Shown here in pieces: positions 24,061 through 37,835 of a DNA stretch of 64,000 nt. The first letter of the stretch is position 1, and each line of letters starts with the position of its first letter. This DNA comes from Antedon mediterranea (lineage: Eukaryota; Animalia; Echinodermata), in contig NC_092671.1 of NCBI RefSeq assembly GCF_964355755.1, positions 21,080,001 through 21,144,000 on the forward strand, in the 5' to 3' direction. The notes under the pieces were generated by a model that saw nothing but the letters and a program-made list of their open reading frames with translations, was not told the DNA's origin and searched no databases. The position numbers and the translations under genes are program-made.

Positions 24061-24521
24061 ATGTATTGTCCCTTTGACTAATTCCAACAAAATTAAAAAT
24101 AAAGATTTTGACAAAAATTAGTTGGAAAAAAAATCATTTAACTGAAATACAGACGTTTTTTTGTTAAAAAAATAACTTTGACTTCCAGCAGTCAAAGTTT
24201 TCGATCAAAACATATCTCATAATGCAACGCGCTTGTTTGGCTACTCTGTATGCATAATCATAAAACTTCCTCGCGATCTGTATGAAAACACCTTTTCAAC
24301 CATGACGTTGTAAACAATCCTAATTAGCACCATGCATAATGCATACTCATGGTTTGAAATCTTTGTTTACTTTCGCTCGCGACGATTTTCTAGACAAATT
24401 AATTTACCTGTTAATTACGTAAACTGTTTGTTTTTGGTTCGAATTTTCGACTTTGGTATGGCCAATTTAAATATAGAATATTTTGACCATCATTTTTTGT
24501 GTTTCAAGGGACAATACATCT
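24061..24521. mobile_element. MITE, Kolobok-like (TTAA-flanked end)
   Basis: Inverted ends ATGTATTGTCCCTT / AAGGGACAATACATCT|TTAA; the same terminus recurs at ~20293. Confidence 0.6.
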
Positions 24522-25608
24522 TTAAGTATACGGCGTAATTAAAACATGTGTAACAACAAGTTTGATTTATACACCTCTCATCGTGGACAAGTGCCATCAC
24601 TGCGCTGACACACTTTTCAGCCGAGAGTGATAACACAGCAGTAACGTATTAATGATATTCCTTAGTTTTACTACGATGTACTGCTTTTATAATTATTAGT
24701 GTATTTTGGCTATTACTGCAATATTTTTGCTAAAATGATGATTGTCTTTATTATCATTGGAGATTTCTATAAAGGTTCTTAAAAGTGTCTTTCACACATG
24801 TTCAAGCTGGCAAATCATTCGTACATCAATGTTTCGTTTTCACGTGGCTATGCATAGAGTACATTAGTGATCTTCTAGAACACCATAAAACATATTTTTT
24901 CCCCAGTGTATTTGCTCACTACGATGCCGTGTGCGCACTGGATCCACCCCTGATGATTAGGCTTAATACAGAATTAACATACCAATTTAATGCAACATAC
25001 GAATGTCATGTAATTTTTTTAATTTGTAATGTTTATCTTCAATTTAATTACTTAATTAGAAAATTGCTTTTTGGACAGTTTTACAGCAATTGACAAAAAA
25101 TTAATCATTGATCATTACTCCCTTGTGTGCTATACATTATGAGCACCCACAGGCTATGAATTTGTTAATTATAGTCAAGGCAAATTTCAATTACTACGTT
25201 ATATTAAAAGTGATAGCACAACAAGATTGTAATTGATTGCATCACTGCGTAATCTAATTAAATATTAGGTTAGCCCTCTTGAAACAATCTGTATTTTTGT
25301 GGTTAAAAAAATTGTCAATGTCGCGTCAATGTCGCGTCAATGTCGCTACAATACTTTACAGTAAAAAAAATGTTTTAAAAAAACTCAAGCTCTTAACTAT
25401 TAAACAATACAGCAGATACAATATAAATCTGAACTGTACATGCATTGAGAACGATCACCATTAATGAATATCATAAAACTGTTAATTCTACGTCCTAGCT
25501 TGATTGAATGATTGACTAAATTAATTTAGCAAAAAAATAACAAAGTAACTATCTTTATTACAATAATTTCCTATTCGGAAGAAACAAGAATATTTGAAGA
25601 TGTTGTTA

Positions 25609-26170
25609 TCTATATATAAATTTATGTAAGGGAAAAATTTGGTAAATCGTGCCTTACTTCTAGAATTTTTACTTGATGGGTGTACGAACCAACTTTATAT
25701 CCCTGGGATATAAAGTTGGTTCGTACTTTCGGTACTGATAACCACCTGATGTAACCCTGTTTACTAATTAAATTGAGTTTGATAATTAGTTTTTGACAAT
25801 TAAAACGATTTGCCCCAAATTAAGGTGTTTTCCGATGTGGTATACACTGTCTAATGGAAGTCCATCTTGAAAAATACACACAATAATACGAGGATGCTTC
25901 GCATTTTCCTTTTTCCTCCTACGATAATTGTTTTTAATAGCTGAAAACCGGTTGAACAGCTCAAGTACAGCATCATAATGTTTAATAATTTCAGTTAACA
26001 GTTTCAACAAAGTATTAAATCGCAATGTTTTACTGTATTTAGTGGTATATTATTAGTAAAATATTAATATTTCGTTACTAAATGGATAAAGAATATATTT
26101 AAAAATTGTTCCTGTTGCCCATCCCTGAACCCTAATGTTACATACAAAACACATATTAAGTTTGTTTAAA
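25609..26170 (+). mobile_element. 3'-truncated, internally deleted copy of the Helitron at 13650
   Basis: A|TCTATATATAAATTTATGTAAGGG start, colinear with 13650-14000 and then with ~14480-14620. Confidence 0.8.
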
Positions 26171-27099
26171 TCGACTCAAACAATTGGTGGAAGGAAATCG
26201 AAAAACAGAATGTTTTAAATTCACTAAATGGCCGCCATTTTGTTTTTCAAAATCATAACCAAAAAAAATACAGATTTTTGATGTTATTTTAGCTTTCGCA
26301 TCACGTATGGAAGTGATATTGGTGGCAATGTATATGTCTTAAGGGTCAATTGGATTTCAATTACATCATTTTTTTAAGGTTATTTATGGGCACCATTTTT
26401 AAATGGCCACCATAAAGTACAGGTTTTGCTCATTTCTCCTACTGCTCCTATACACACTGTGATGAAGACAAGATTTTGAAAACTCTATCTGTTTATGTTT
26501 TGATGATTACAGAATCAAAATTCAGTATTCTAAAATACGGAAAGTGATAGATCATCTACTTATTCCATTTAGGATCAAACTTCATAGTTGAAGGATACTG
26601 CTCCACTGGCTTTAGCTGTTGCATTTTTGTTGTTGCATACACTACAGTGTGTGGTGCATACAATGTTAAATACAGTAATAGTTTTAAAATTCTCAATCAA
26701 ACTGGCACAATAATTAGTATAACATTATGTACAATCCCTTTCATAATAGTCTCCGAGAGATCCCCACCTGATCTATCGCTATCACGATCCTCAGTACTGT
26801 ATGTACTATCGATCATAGTCAATCACAAGATCGGGTTCCATACTGATTACGACCAAGGAGGTACACAAGAAGATACCAGAGATGTACTGTAACTATCATT
26901 CGCGTGAAGAAACCAACAAACAAGATATTGTAAAGAAGTTAGAAAAACCATTTTTGCACTTGATTGTTGTTGTTTAAACCTTTTATGATATATTCCTTCC
27001 ATTTTTGATCAATTATAAATGTAAACTTTAATATCGTTGGTGTCAAACTCGTGCGCTAATTTTATACAAATTTGTGTAAAAATATGCCTCCTTTGAATC

Positions 27100-28317
27100 G
27101 ATTATAGCTCTCCAGGATGGCTGGTGACCCCCTATTTTTTAAACTTATTATAAAAGCTAATGAGTTGTAGATATGAATTCATGTGATATTTAGATCATAA
27201 GTATGTTATGACATCATCATATGGCCATCTGAAATTAAAACATTGGATTTTTGTCTCTTTTGACACAGTTTGTCACATTCAATAGTGCATATCACGTAAA
27301 CGATATCAATTTTCTTCCAATTGTCAATATGTTATTACTCAAACTCTTCAGACATATCAACTTTTTTTTTAATTTGAAAAGGTCATCATATTCAAACAGT
27401 TCAATAAACGTGAATGGTGTAAAATATACCATTTACAATGTCAATACCGTCAATCATTAATCTATAGGCATACACATTGTATTACAGTATTATCACTAGA
27501 TGATATACAATAATGTTCCAAACAGCACCCTGTATATTCTACAACATCAATACACACTAGATTGACAATTACTATGCCATCTTATGACATGAAGTCAAGT
27601 TACAGTATACATTATTTTTAAAGAATACACTGTATCAACTAGATTTTAACTATGGACATCATACGTTAGAATATTGTGCACAAAAATGATTATGCCACAG
27701 TATAAATTATATATTGTGTACATACATACAGTGTAGCATAGGTGAAAATATGGGACCCGCCTTTAATTCAAATTTTTACCACCACGATGACGTCATCAAA
27801 ATAAAAGACGAAGATACCAAATTTTTAAGAAGGAAATTGTCTGAGCAACAACATATTAACGTGTTGAAGAAATTTGGATACGCAGAATATAGATGTGCAC
27901 TGTTTTACATGTGATGAACTATGAAAAATAAAATATGAATATACTACTTTTATAATTCAACTGGCCATCCGATTGGCATAATGTTTACATGAATTTGTAT
28001 CTACAGTTCAACAGCTTCCTTTTATTCTGACAAGCTATAACATATTAACATTTACTGTAAAGATAATAATTAAGCTATAGACAATATTAAACACTGGGGG
28101 AAAATGGAATACGAATAAGCGAGATGCGTTCTATTAAATGCGATGAGCTATGTGAAAGAGACAAAAATCCATTTTTTTTTAATCGAGTGGCCATATGATG
28201 ACGTCAGACAACTTGTCAAGCAACAAAGTTACATGAAATCATATCTACAACTCATTAGCTTTCAAAATAAGTTGAAAAATTGTGGGTCAACAATCTTTCT
28301 GAAGCGCTATATATCTA
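27100..28317. mobile_element. Decayed family-A Helentron-type fragments in both orientations
   Basis: 27160-27300 resembles 12330-12470 (+); 27720-28260 resembles its reverse complement. Confidence 0.55.
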
Positions 28318-30440
28318 CACTGTAAAAACGGCGTTTAGATTCTAAACGCATAGCTTGTACCCACTTTTTCCACACGTTTAGCTTTTCTATGTGTTTAGAT
28401 TCTAGACGCATAGCTTGTACCCACTTTTTCCACACGTTTAGCTCGATACATGTTTAGCTTTTCTATGCGTTTAGATTATAAATGCATAGCTTGTACCCAC
28501 GTTTCCACATGTTTAGCTTTACACATGTTTAGTTTTTCCACGTATTTTTACATATAAACAAGAAATATTTCTTACAAAAAACGCCGCGTAACTTTTTGAC
28601 TGGACAGTTGTAAGAACAGTCTTCATTAATCTAATATAATAGGTCGGCCAATCAAAACGCAAGTGAACAGTTGGGACTTTACTAATTGTGATTTATGTCA
28701 TTGGCCTGTCAGCACAGTCGTTTCTTTCTAGAATTAAACGCACAAACTTGTATTGGGAATAATGTATGTGGTTATTACTATCGCATTTAGGTATTGATAA
28801 TAATAATAATATGGCTTTTGAATATATAATTACTGTCTGTAGAATAACATTTATACATTTTCGGTTCGCGATGAAAAGTTATATGAATGGATTTGTAATA
28901 GGTATTTATAATAATAGTATATGGGATTGCTAAGCTATCACCAAATCGCGTTATAACATTATTTCTCAGGGTTTTTTGCACCATTGATCAATACCAAACG
29001 CGTATCGGTATTATAGTTTTTAATGAATCATTACATTAATAAAAATACCCAATTAAATCAATCGCGTCAGTCCAATTCCGACTTATGTTTCGATCACATA
29101 GTTCTCTGTCTACACTGTCCCAACTAGTTTAACAAAAAAAAGTGTGATGTGCCCAAATATGGTAGTGATATGCCCGAATATCGTAGTGATATGACATCGT
29201 CATGTCTATATAATATGGGCACATCATATTTAGTTTGATAGTATAGACAGAGCTTAAGGATTATATTTAAAAAATGTTTTCTTACATTTTGAACGGAAGT
29301 ATTTATTTGTTTATAAGCCCAATTTTCCAGTCTTAATTTTACATTTTGAAAAAAAGTATTTATTTGTTTATAAGCCCAATTTTCCAGTCTTAATTTTACA
29401 TTTTGAAAAAAAAAGTATTTTATTTGTTGATAAGCCCAATTGTGCAGTCTTATTTTACATTTTGAACGAAAGTATTTATTTGTTGATAAGCCCAATTTTG
29501 CATTCTTATTTTACATTTTAAATGAAAGTATTTATTTGTTGATAAGCCGAATTTTTCAGTTTAATAATAATGACCCCTTCCACAGTGCTTATACCATATA
29601 CATTTTACATGATATTGACCGTGGGTTCTTTACGCCTCTGATGCATTTGTTTTTATTGTACCTTTTTAATAAATTATTATATGTTTAGGCCTAATCACAC
29701 CCAATTTAATGAAACGGTCAGATTCCGATTTCAATTGAACGAAAGTAGTACTGTATTTATTATTCATTGATAAGCCAAGGGTCCCATGGCGTTAGCTGAT
29801 ATCTTGAGCATTTGACTCTTGTGTGAAACTGTAACACAAATCATTCTTCAAAATCTAAAGAAAGAACCTCACACGTCTTTTTTGTGAGTGATACACTATG
29901 GATATGCCCACGGAAATAATATTATATGTGGACATTGCAAACAATCATAGGCCTACAGTAACAAACATAGAATGGCTAATAAGCATAACATTCAGACTTG
30001 CTTGTTTTCTAGTGGATTTTTATTTACTTTAGCATGTAGAATAAAACTATTAACAGTGGCTATATTAATAATTATACTGATTATCCTTGATGTTATCGCG
30101 TCTAATAATAAAATATTTTGTTGTTGATAAGCCCAATTTTTCAGCCTTGATTTTACATTTTGAACGAAAGTATTTATTAGTTGATAAGCCCAATTTTGCA
30201 GTCTTAATAATGACCCTTCCACAGTGCATTTTACATGATATTGACCGAGGGTTTTTACGCCTCTATAGCCACTGATCAATACCATAATTAATGTACTTTT
30301 TTAAATGAATATTGAAATGTTTCAACATACCCAATTAAAAAAAACGGTCCGTTTTCGAGTTCAATCTTTTGATTAGAGAGGTTGGAGTTTCATTTTGAAC
30401 GAAAGTATTTATTTGATTGATAAGCCAAATTTCTAGTCCT
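28318..30440. mobile_element. CACTA/EnSpm-like non-autonomous remnant(s) with tandem subterminal repeats
   Basis: TA|CACTGTAAAAA start; repeats of GTTTAGATTCTAAACGCATAGCTTGTACCCAC (28330-28540); second TA|CACTGT at ~29113; ~58-bp repeat TTACATTTTGAACGAAAGTATTTATTTGTTGATAAGCCCAATT (29280-29560, 30120-30430). Right end not resolved. Confidence 0.45.
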
Positions 30441-30513
30441 AATGATTTGAGATTCAACGGGTTTTGCTTTCAATTGTATAATAATATAATTATATATATA
30501 TATATATATATAT

Positions 30514-30987
30514 AAATCAAAGAGCTGCATAGGCAGGATATAGAAAAAAATCAAGATCAAATAAGTTAAAACTGCCTCAATATAGATTTATTACTATTTC
30601 TGGTGTTAAAGTATGTAATGGTTCTGAGACATCTCGTAGAATTATAGAAGAAAGAATAATTGTAAAGCTTGGCACTCTTGCCCCTACCGGCATAAATGTA
30701 CAATTTAGATCCTTTAAACATTAATTTTGCCAGAGACATTCACATATTAACAATTATTTACACTTGAAGCTTTTGTCTTTGTTTTAAATTTCCTGCTTTA
30801 TAAGCAACCATTCCTGCTTTGTACACCATAGCTTTTGGAGGCGTGCCTTTATAACTATGCCTTTTGTTTGTTAACATCTTTGATTGGTTGATTTGTTTTA
30901 TTATGTAATTTTGTGACTTATATATGTTATCCTTTGTTACAATTCTTTTCACCTGATGATGGGCTATGCCCGAAACATGTCGTTAAA

Positions 30988-30992
<5 letters not shown>
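30514..30992 (+). mobile_element. Penelope-like element 3' fragment (GIY-YIG C-terminus plus pseudo-LTR) between TA microsatellites
   Basis: ITISGVKVCNGSETSRRIIEERIIVKLGTLAPTGINVQFRSFKH* (stop ~30724) fits the PLE 'R...E...I..L.TL.P.GLN' motif and is followed by a hammerhead. Confidence 0.8.
30946..30988 (+). ncRNA. Minimal type I hammerhead ribozyme
   Basis: TTTTCAC-CTGATGA-T-GGGC-TAT-GCCC-GAAAC-AT-GTC-GTTAAAA: both core boxes, 4-bp stem II (one extra T before it), palindromic ACATGT stem III, GUC cleavage triplet, stem I 6/7. Confidence 0.75.
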
Positions 30993-31236
<244 letters not shown>

Positions 31237-31457
31237 TAATATTAAGTATAATTATGAATTCACCAACACTTTCAGGCCCGGGCCCGAGTTTGTGTAGACC
31301 AGACTTCCATGCACAGCCACATGTTAAGTAATATGAATCTCTTTATGATTTTAATATGGTTCGAAATGATATTACACAACAACAATTAGACAGCAACTGT
31401 GCAAGAGTCCAACTAATAAAATCGGAATGATCAATTAATTGAACATTTACAGCATAA

Positions 31458-31823
31458 GGCCCATACACTAGGACAATAACGATCGACGATAAATACTAAA
31501 TAGACAAATGTGCATTTTTAATACATAAACCAAAAGAAATATAAACAATTCCTTTGATGAAAATTATATTTTCACACGTCCAATCAAATGACGTCATGAT
31601 TAGTAAGACCAATAATATCGTGACAATACAGCGATTTTATTGTTTTTATTTATCATGACGTCATTTGATTGGAATTTGAAAAACATTATTTTTATCAAAG
31701 ACAGCATAAATGATTATCCTATAGGTCTAGAACGAAAACCTTTCTAATTTCTTTTGGTTTATGTAAAAGAAATGCATGCTTATATATTATCGTCCGTCGT
31801 TATCGTCATAGTGTAATTGGGCC
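31458..31823. mobile_element. PIF/Harbinger-like foldback MITE
   Basis: GGCCCATACACTAGGACAATAACGATCGACGATAA / TTATCGTCCGTCGTTATCGTCATAGTGTAATTGGGCC; TAA/TTA-type flanks; inner IR TCCAATCAAATGACGTCATGAT / ATCATGACGTCATTTGATTGGA. Confidence 0.75.
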
Positions 31824-32205
31824 TTTATACAAAAAAATAAATAAATTGATTACGAAGTTACATGCCATTTTCACCTATCACCAAAAAACTAACCTTTTCA
31901 ACACTAATTAATTGTTACGAAGCCAATTGATATTATATATTTCATTAAAACTGAACTTTACGGTAAATGAAGAGTAAGTATCAGTTAATATGAATAATAT
32001 AACTAGTAGGTCTATGAACTTGCGTCCAGACACAGAACTGTAACATTACTATCATAAATGTTGAAACCACTTATAAAACCTTTTTTTATAGAAAATATAA
32101 TTGTGCTAGGAGAAGGCAAATAAACAAATAGATAATGTACAAACCTTTTTCTGGATTAATTAATGGAGCAGGCGTTCCTAATAATCTGCTGCTGCTACCT
32201 ATATA

Positions 32206-32416
32206 TATAGGTTGCTCTATTCACAGAAAAAAAATTTCATTCATGAACGTTTTTTTTTTGGTTGTTTTTTCAAAATCGATTAGGTTTAAAAAATGCGTTG
32301 GAGTTGTATGAATGATCTTTCATAAGTGTACATTTTGTAAAAACGTAAATTTAAAAAATCAGTGATATGGCTCGATATTTATTTATTTTTTTGCAATATG
32401 GATGGAGCAACCTATA
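32206..32416. mobile_element. Small MITE with TA-flanked TIRs
   Basis: TATAGGTTGCTC ... GAGCAACCTATA. Confidence 0.55.
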
Positions 32417-33730
32417 TTGAACATTTATACCAAGTATCAAATGCGTACCCATCAGGCATCATGGATGGGCTAGAATACTACTTACAGGTTAGGTTAGCCT
32501 AGCTGGGCTAACCTACCTCACCTCTCTCGAAAATGCGACCGAAATTACTGAAGCCCAGGCCTAACTAAAGCAACCAACCAACCAGGCCTACTTAATTTAA
32601 AATTAACTCTATATAGGCCTAGGCTAGCTAGCCCTAGATAGATTAATTAGTGATCCGTAGTAGTGGGCTAACACCTTTGGCTCTACGGATGCTAGTCAAG
32701 TCGCCCCATCGCAAAGTCGCCCCAAAACGTTAAAAAATAGTTTACAAGTGCGTAAAATGTCGCAATGATACACAAAATAACACGGAACGTGTAGGCCTAG
32801 GCATAAAAGGGGGAAGCCCCGCCATGTAGGCCCTAGTCTCACTCTCAGGTCACACGATCGGCACGCACCCCCATCATCAGAGACGAAGCCCCCGACTAAT
32901 CATTCCGCGGTCGCACTCTAACGTGCTAGCTTAATTAGGTAATTACCAGCACAGGCCCGTATGCAGCATTTATAATGGGGGGAGTGCGAGCAAGAATGGC
33001 TGGGGGCCAGGGGGGCCGCCAAGGGCCCCCGGGGGCCGCCAAGGGCCCCCGGTCAGGGGCGTTATTTGACGTTCTAAAGACTGATGTAAGACTCTCTGTT
33101 GTGGCTTGGGCTAGTTGAACGATGGACACCAGAACTTAACGCTTTCATGATGAGACCAACTCAGCAGGGGTGGCGCCAGGATCTTCCCGACGCGGGGGCT
33201 ACATTCCCCGACGAGGGGGGGCTATGCGAGCGAAGCGCGAGCATCATCACTAGGCTGAGGGCCAGGGGCCGCCAAGGGCCCCCGAAGCCGGGTGTGTAGA
33301 AAGCGACGACCTCGAATTGGACGACCCCAACGACCCGGGCGACCTCGAATTGAACGACCTCGAATTGAACGACCCATAACACGAAACCGACGACCCCTAT
33401 CCTAGCCTAGCCTAGGCCTAAGTGTGGTATAACATCCCAAAGCCGAACATAGCCAAAGATCTTTAAACTATACCTTATTATATAATACTCGCAAGCAAGC
33501 AATTGATTGAAAAAATACAGAAATATCGCCATTTGATACTGACACGAACAAACGAAAAGATATGGAACGCCAAGAGTGCATCATTAAAACTGCATTCGAC
33601 ATATTAAAAATAAATTTAAAAGAAATAAATATTATACAATACATGGTTAAACCATGGACGTATAATTACATCTCGTCTTCTTATAACGAACACTATAGGC
33701 CTACCAAGCAGCGTAACATGTGCATGGGGG

Positions 33731-36700
33731 GGATATGACCGGTTGGGCCGCCGACAACAAGTTGAGCCGCCGGTAATTTCTATGAAACGGCCAGTGCGTC
33801 TTTTACGACATTTCGCGTAGTGATAGAGTGGTGTCCTAGTAGGCCCTACTAGTGGAGTCTGTTAGGGATATTTTGGTTCACTTTTTTCCAAAAGCATCAA
33901 ATTTGGTATACAGGTTGCCCACCCTATACAAATTAAATTTTTGATGGGCGCCAAGCAAAATGACCCCTTGGGTCACCTAATTTGCATAATTTTAAATGGC
34001 GGACACTTTCGCTTAAACAGTCTATATCTCTGAAACTACTGGTCATAGAGAGTTGATTTTTAGCTCAAAATGTTCAGAACATAAACATTCCTATTTACTC
34101 TAATGAAGTATTTTGGAAAAAAATGACCGGAAGTACCAGTTTTAACCTTTGACCCATATTTTAAGGCATTGCCATATCTCAGTAAATACGGTAGTTGTCA
34201 CAGACAGTTTATTTAAGTGTCAAATTGTTCAGAATATATATGTTACTATCTAGTTTAATGAAACATTTTATCCAAAAATGACCGGAAGTACTCAGTTTTG
34301 CCTTTGACCGTTACGGTGTAATTACCAACCTTTTTATGGTTAATATATTTTGATATCCATAAAATTACTTGTCATAGAGAGTTAATGTTGGTTTCAAAAT
34401 GTTCAGAACATAAACATTTCTATTTACTATAATAAAGTTTTTTTTCTAAAATAATGACCAGAAATACCATATTTGACCTTTGACCTGTTTTTTCAGGCAA
34501 ATTGCTATATCTCATTATTGGGTTGGCGTGGAAAGTTCATTTTGGTGTCAGATTGTTCAGAATATATATGTTACTATTATGTTTAATAGAAGATTTTTCC
34601 AAAAAATGTCAGGAAGTACAGTTGACCTGTTACATACATAAAATTATAAATTTGTTCAAGTTAACTGTATATTTATATTATTTTGCAATCCACTTTTGAG
34701 CACTTGTCGAAGATGGCTACTTGCATGTACAATTGAACGAAGTATACTGAATGAAGTTGAATATATTTGTAGTGAGTCTAGAGTAACGCAAATGAGAGAA
34801 AATTGTATAGACAAAAAATACCCAATCTCATTCTCATCTAATCGAGTACTTAAATGAAGTCTTCTACACATTTAGCAATAATGTTTACTGATGAAATCTA
34901 TTCAAGTTTTGTTTTGGAAAGTTAGTGTTTCCATCACTTGTGTTTGTTTGGTTGTTACATTCAGGGTAATTGTCCTATATTGCATTTCTTCGCTGAGTAT
35001 CTTTCTTTAAAGGGCCTTCAAACTGGGGTATAACCTACTAATTAAAAGGATGGACATTTTCGGGATGCACAATATAAAAACTAGACTACTGTTGCCATCA
35101 CGAACCACAACTGAAAAATATATTTTTTCCACCAGACCTAAAGTAATCCTTGGTCCGCCAAACTTGGCAGAATTCTCGAATTTTAATTTTAAAAAATTTG
35201 GCCATCATCTGGACACGATTTGGGTATTACAGTTTTGTTACTTATGACATTACGCCTTAGTATCATCTTTTTCATTATTGCCTTTTTACTTGATTTTTGG
35301 TTGATTAGTAAATGTTAAATTGTTGTTATATTGGAATTGGTAACAACTCTTGGCTTGTGTAACATAATGTATTGATGAGCTGTTTTAACCTCATGAACAG
35401 ATTTACTTTTATTACTTTCATTTCTTTTATGTACATTTTCAAAGTATTGAATGATGTGTCCTTTCTCATATCGAGTATTTGGAAAATAATGGCTTATTCA
35501 AACTTCTTTAGCAATCCTTGAACAGTCTGGTTGGTTCAGTCACCAAGCACATGTATGGTAATTGTAATATTTTCATTGTTCTCGTAAAGACGAAATTCCC
35601 CATCATGTTCTGAGCTTGAGTATGATATTGTTTCTTAGAAATGAGGCTAAACCTTTTTGTTGATTTTTGCATAACATTTCCATTCATAAAATTTGAATTG
35701 TTCACATAGTCAAGGACATGCAATACAGAGTTCATTTTAAGTTTGAAAAAAGGGCAATATATGAAAAAGAGGATACTAGAGCGTAACATGTCATTAGTAA
35801 CAAAACTGTTCCTATTCATCCAATCTCTTCTAGATGATTACTGTATATGGTCGATTTCTTTTTTTTTTTAATTTGAAAATCTTTGAGAACCACCAAGCTG
35901 GACGGTCCTTGGATGACTTGGGTCTGGCGGACAGAAATCCTCGGTGTCTTTTCCCCATTCAGTGGTTGTTCGTGTTATGGCAACAAAGAGAAATGTAGCA
36001 ACATGAAATTGTTATGCAACAGCAAACACAAGTGACGGAAACACTAACTTTCCAAAACAAAACTTTTACTGGATTTCATCAGTAGGCCTACACATTATTG
36101 CTAAATATGTGGAAGACTTCATTTAAGTACTCGATTAGATGAGATTGGGTATTTTTTGTATATAAAATTTTCTCATTTCTCATTTACATTACTCTAGACT
36201 CACTACAAATAGGACAATCTATTCAACTTTGTTCAGTATACTTTGTTCAATTGCACATGCAAGCAGCCATCTTCGACAAGTGCTCAAAAGTGGGTTGCAA
36301 AATAATATCATAAATATAGAGTTAACTATACAATTAACTGAACAAATTTATAAATTTTATGTATTTAACAAGTCAATAACTATACTTCCTGACATTTTTT
36401 TGAAAAGTCTTCTATTAAGCAGAATAGAAACATATATATTCTGAACAATCTGATACCAAAATGAACTTTCCACTCCAACCCAATAATGAGATATGGCAAT
36501 TTGCCTGAAAAAACAGGTCAAAGGTCAAATATGGTATTTCTGGTCATTATTTGAGAAAAAACTTTATTATAGTAAATAGAAATGTTTATGTTCTGAACAT
36601 TTTGACACCAACATTAACTCTCTATGACAAGTAGTTTTATGGATATCAAAATATATTAACCGTAACAAGGCTGGTAATTACATCGTAACGGTCAAAGCCA

Positions 36701-37835
36701 AAACTGAGTACTTCCGGTCATTTTTGGATAAAATGTTTCATTAAATTAAATAGTAACATATATATTCTGAACAATTTGACACTTAAATAAACTGTCTGTG
36801 ACAACTATTTACTGAGATATGGCAATGCCTTAAAATATGGGTCAAAGGTTAAAACTGGTACTTTCGGTCATTCTTTTCAAAAAAACTTCATTAGAGTAAA
36901 TAGGAATGTTTATGTTCTGAACATTTTGGGCTAAAAATTAACTCTCTATGACCAGTATTTTTAGAGATATAGACTGTTTAAGCGAAAATGTCCGCCATTT
37001 TAAATTATGCAAATTAGGTGACCCAAGGGGTCATTTTGCTTGGCGCCCATCAAAAATTGAATTTGTATAGGGTGGGCAACCTGTATACCAAATTTGGTGC
37101 TTTTGGAAGAAACTGAACCAAACACCCTTATTTCAGCCCTAACAGACTCCACTATACATAAGTTCATGGTCTTTAGGTTTATTGTGTCATGAAAATAAAT
37201 AATAATTACATACTACAATTTTGTTGGTTTGAAACAGCAAAGGAAAGTAGTCATATTTAATAATTTAATTGTTTTTAATCTTTCAAGGTAAAAATGCAGT
37301 GCACTCCATAATATTTTTCTCGGTGTATGCCTACCACGTAAAATCACGTTGTCTCTCAGGACTAATAGAGTATTGATATTCTTCGAATGAGGTTAAATAA
37401 TTATTATTTTTTATTTACTATCTTTTAATATCATATTTTATTGAATTTTACAATGTTAATACACAAAATATTTTTCTAAAAAACGGTGATTTTATGCAAT
37501 TATTTTATTTCAACTGCCGCCTGAGAGGGCAACATGTTTACGTCATTTTTGGCTAAAAACGATCATTTTCGGTCATGTTTTAGGCCTTATATTTTGGAAT
37601 CTACAAGTCAGATATTCATAATTATTTCTCTTTAATTATAATATTTAATAATATATACTAAAAACCGTGATATATAAACTTTGGAATATACATCGTTATA
37701 TCTAATAATTAATATAAATAGAACTTCTATTAAATAGAAACGAGCACCGGCGAAAGTAAGCATTTGGCGTTTCATAGAAAATAACGTTTTTCTGGCGGCG
37801 CCTCAACTTGTCGGCGGCTCAACTTGGCCTAATCC
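33731..37835. mobile_element. Nest level 4: MULE-like element, 9-10-bp TSD
   Basis: GGATATGACCGGTTGGGCCGCCGACAA / TTGTCGGCGGCTCAACTTGGCCTAATCC; TGCATGGGGG on both flanks. Confidence 0.75.
33850..37154. mobile_element. Nest level 5: Academ-like non-autonomous element with ~1.1-kb TIRs
   Basis: TAGTGGAGTCTGTTAGGG ... CCCTAACAGACTCCACTA, 3-bp TSD TAC; 33850-34946 mirrors 36023-37154. Confidence 0.85.
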
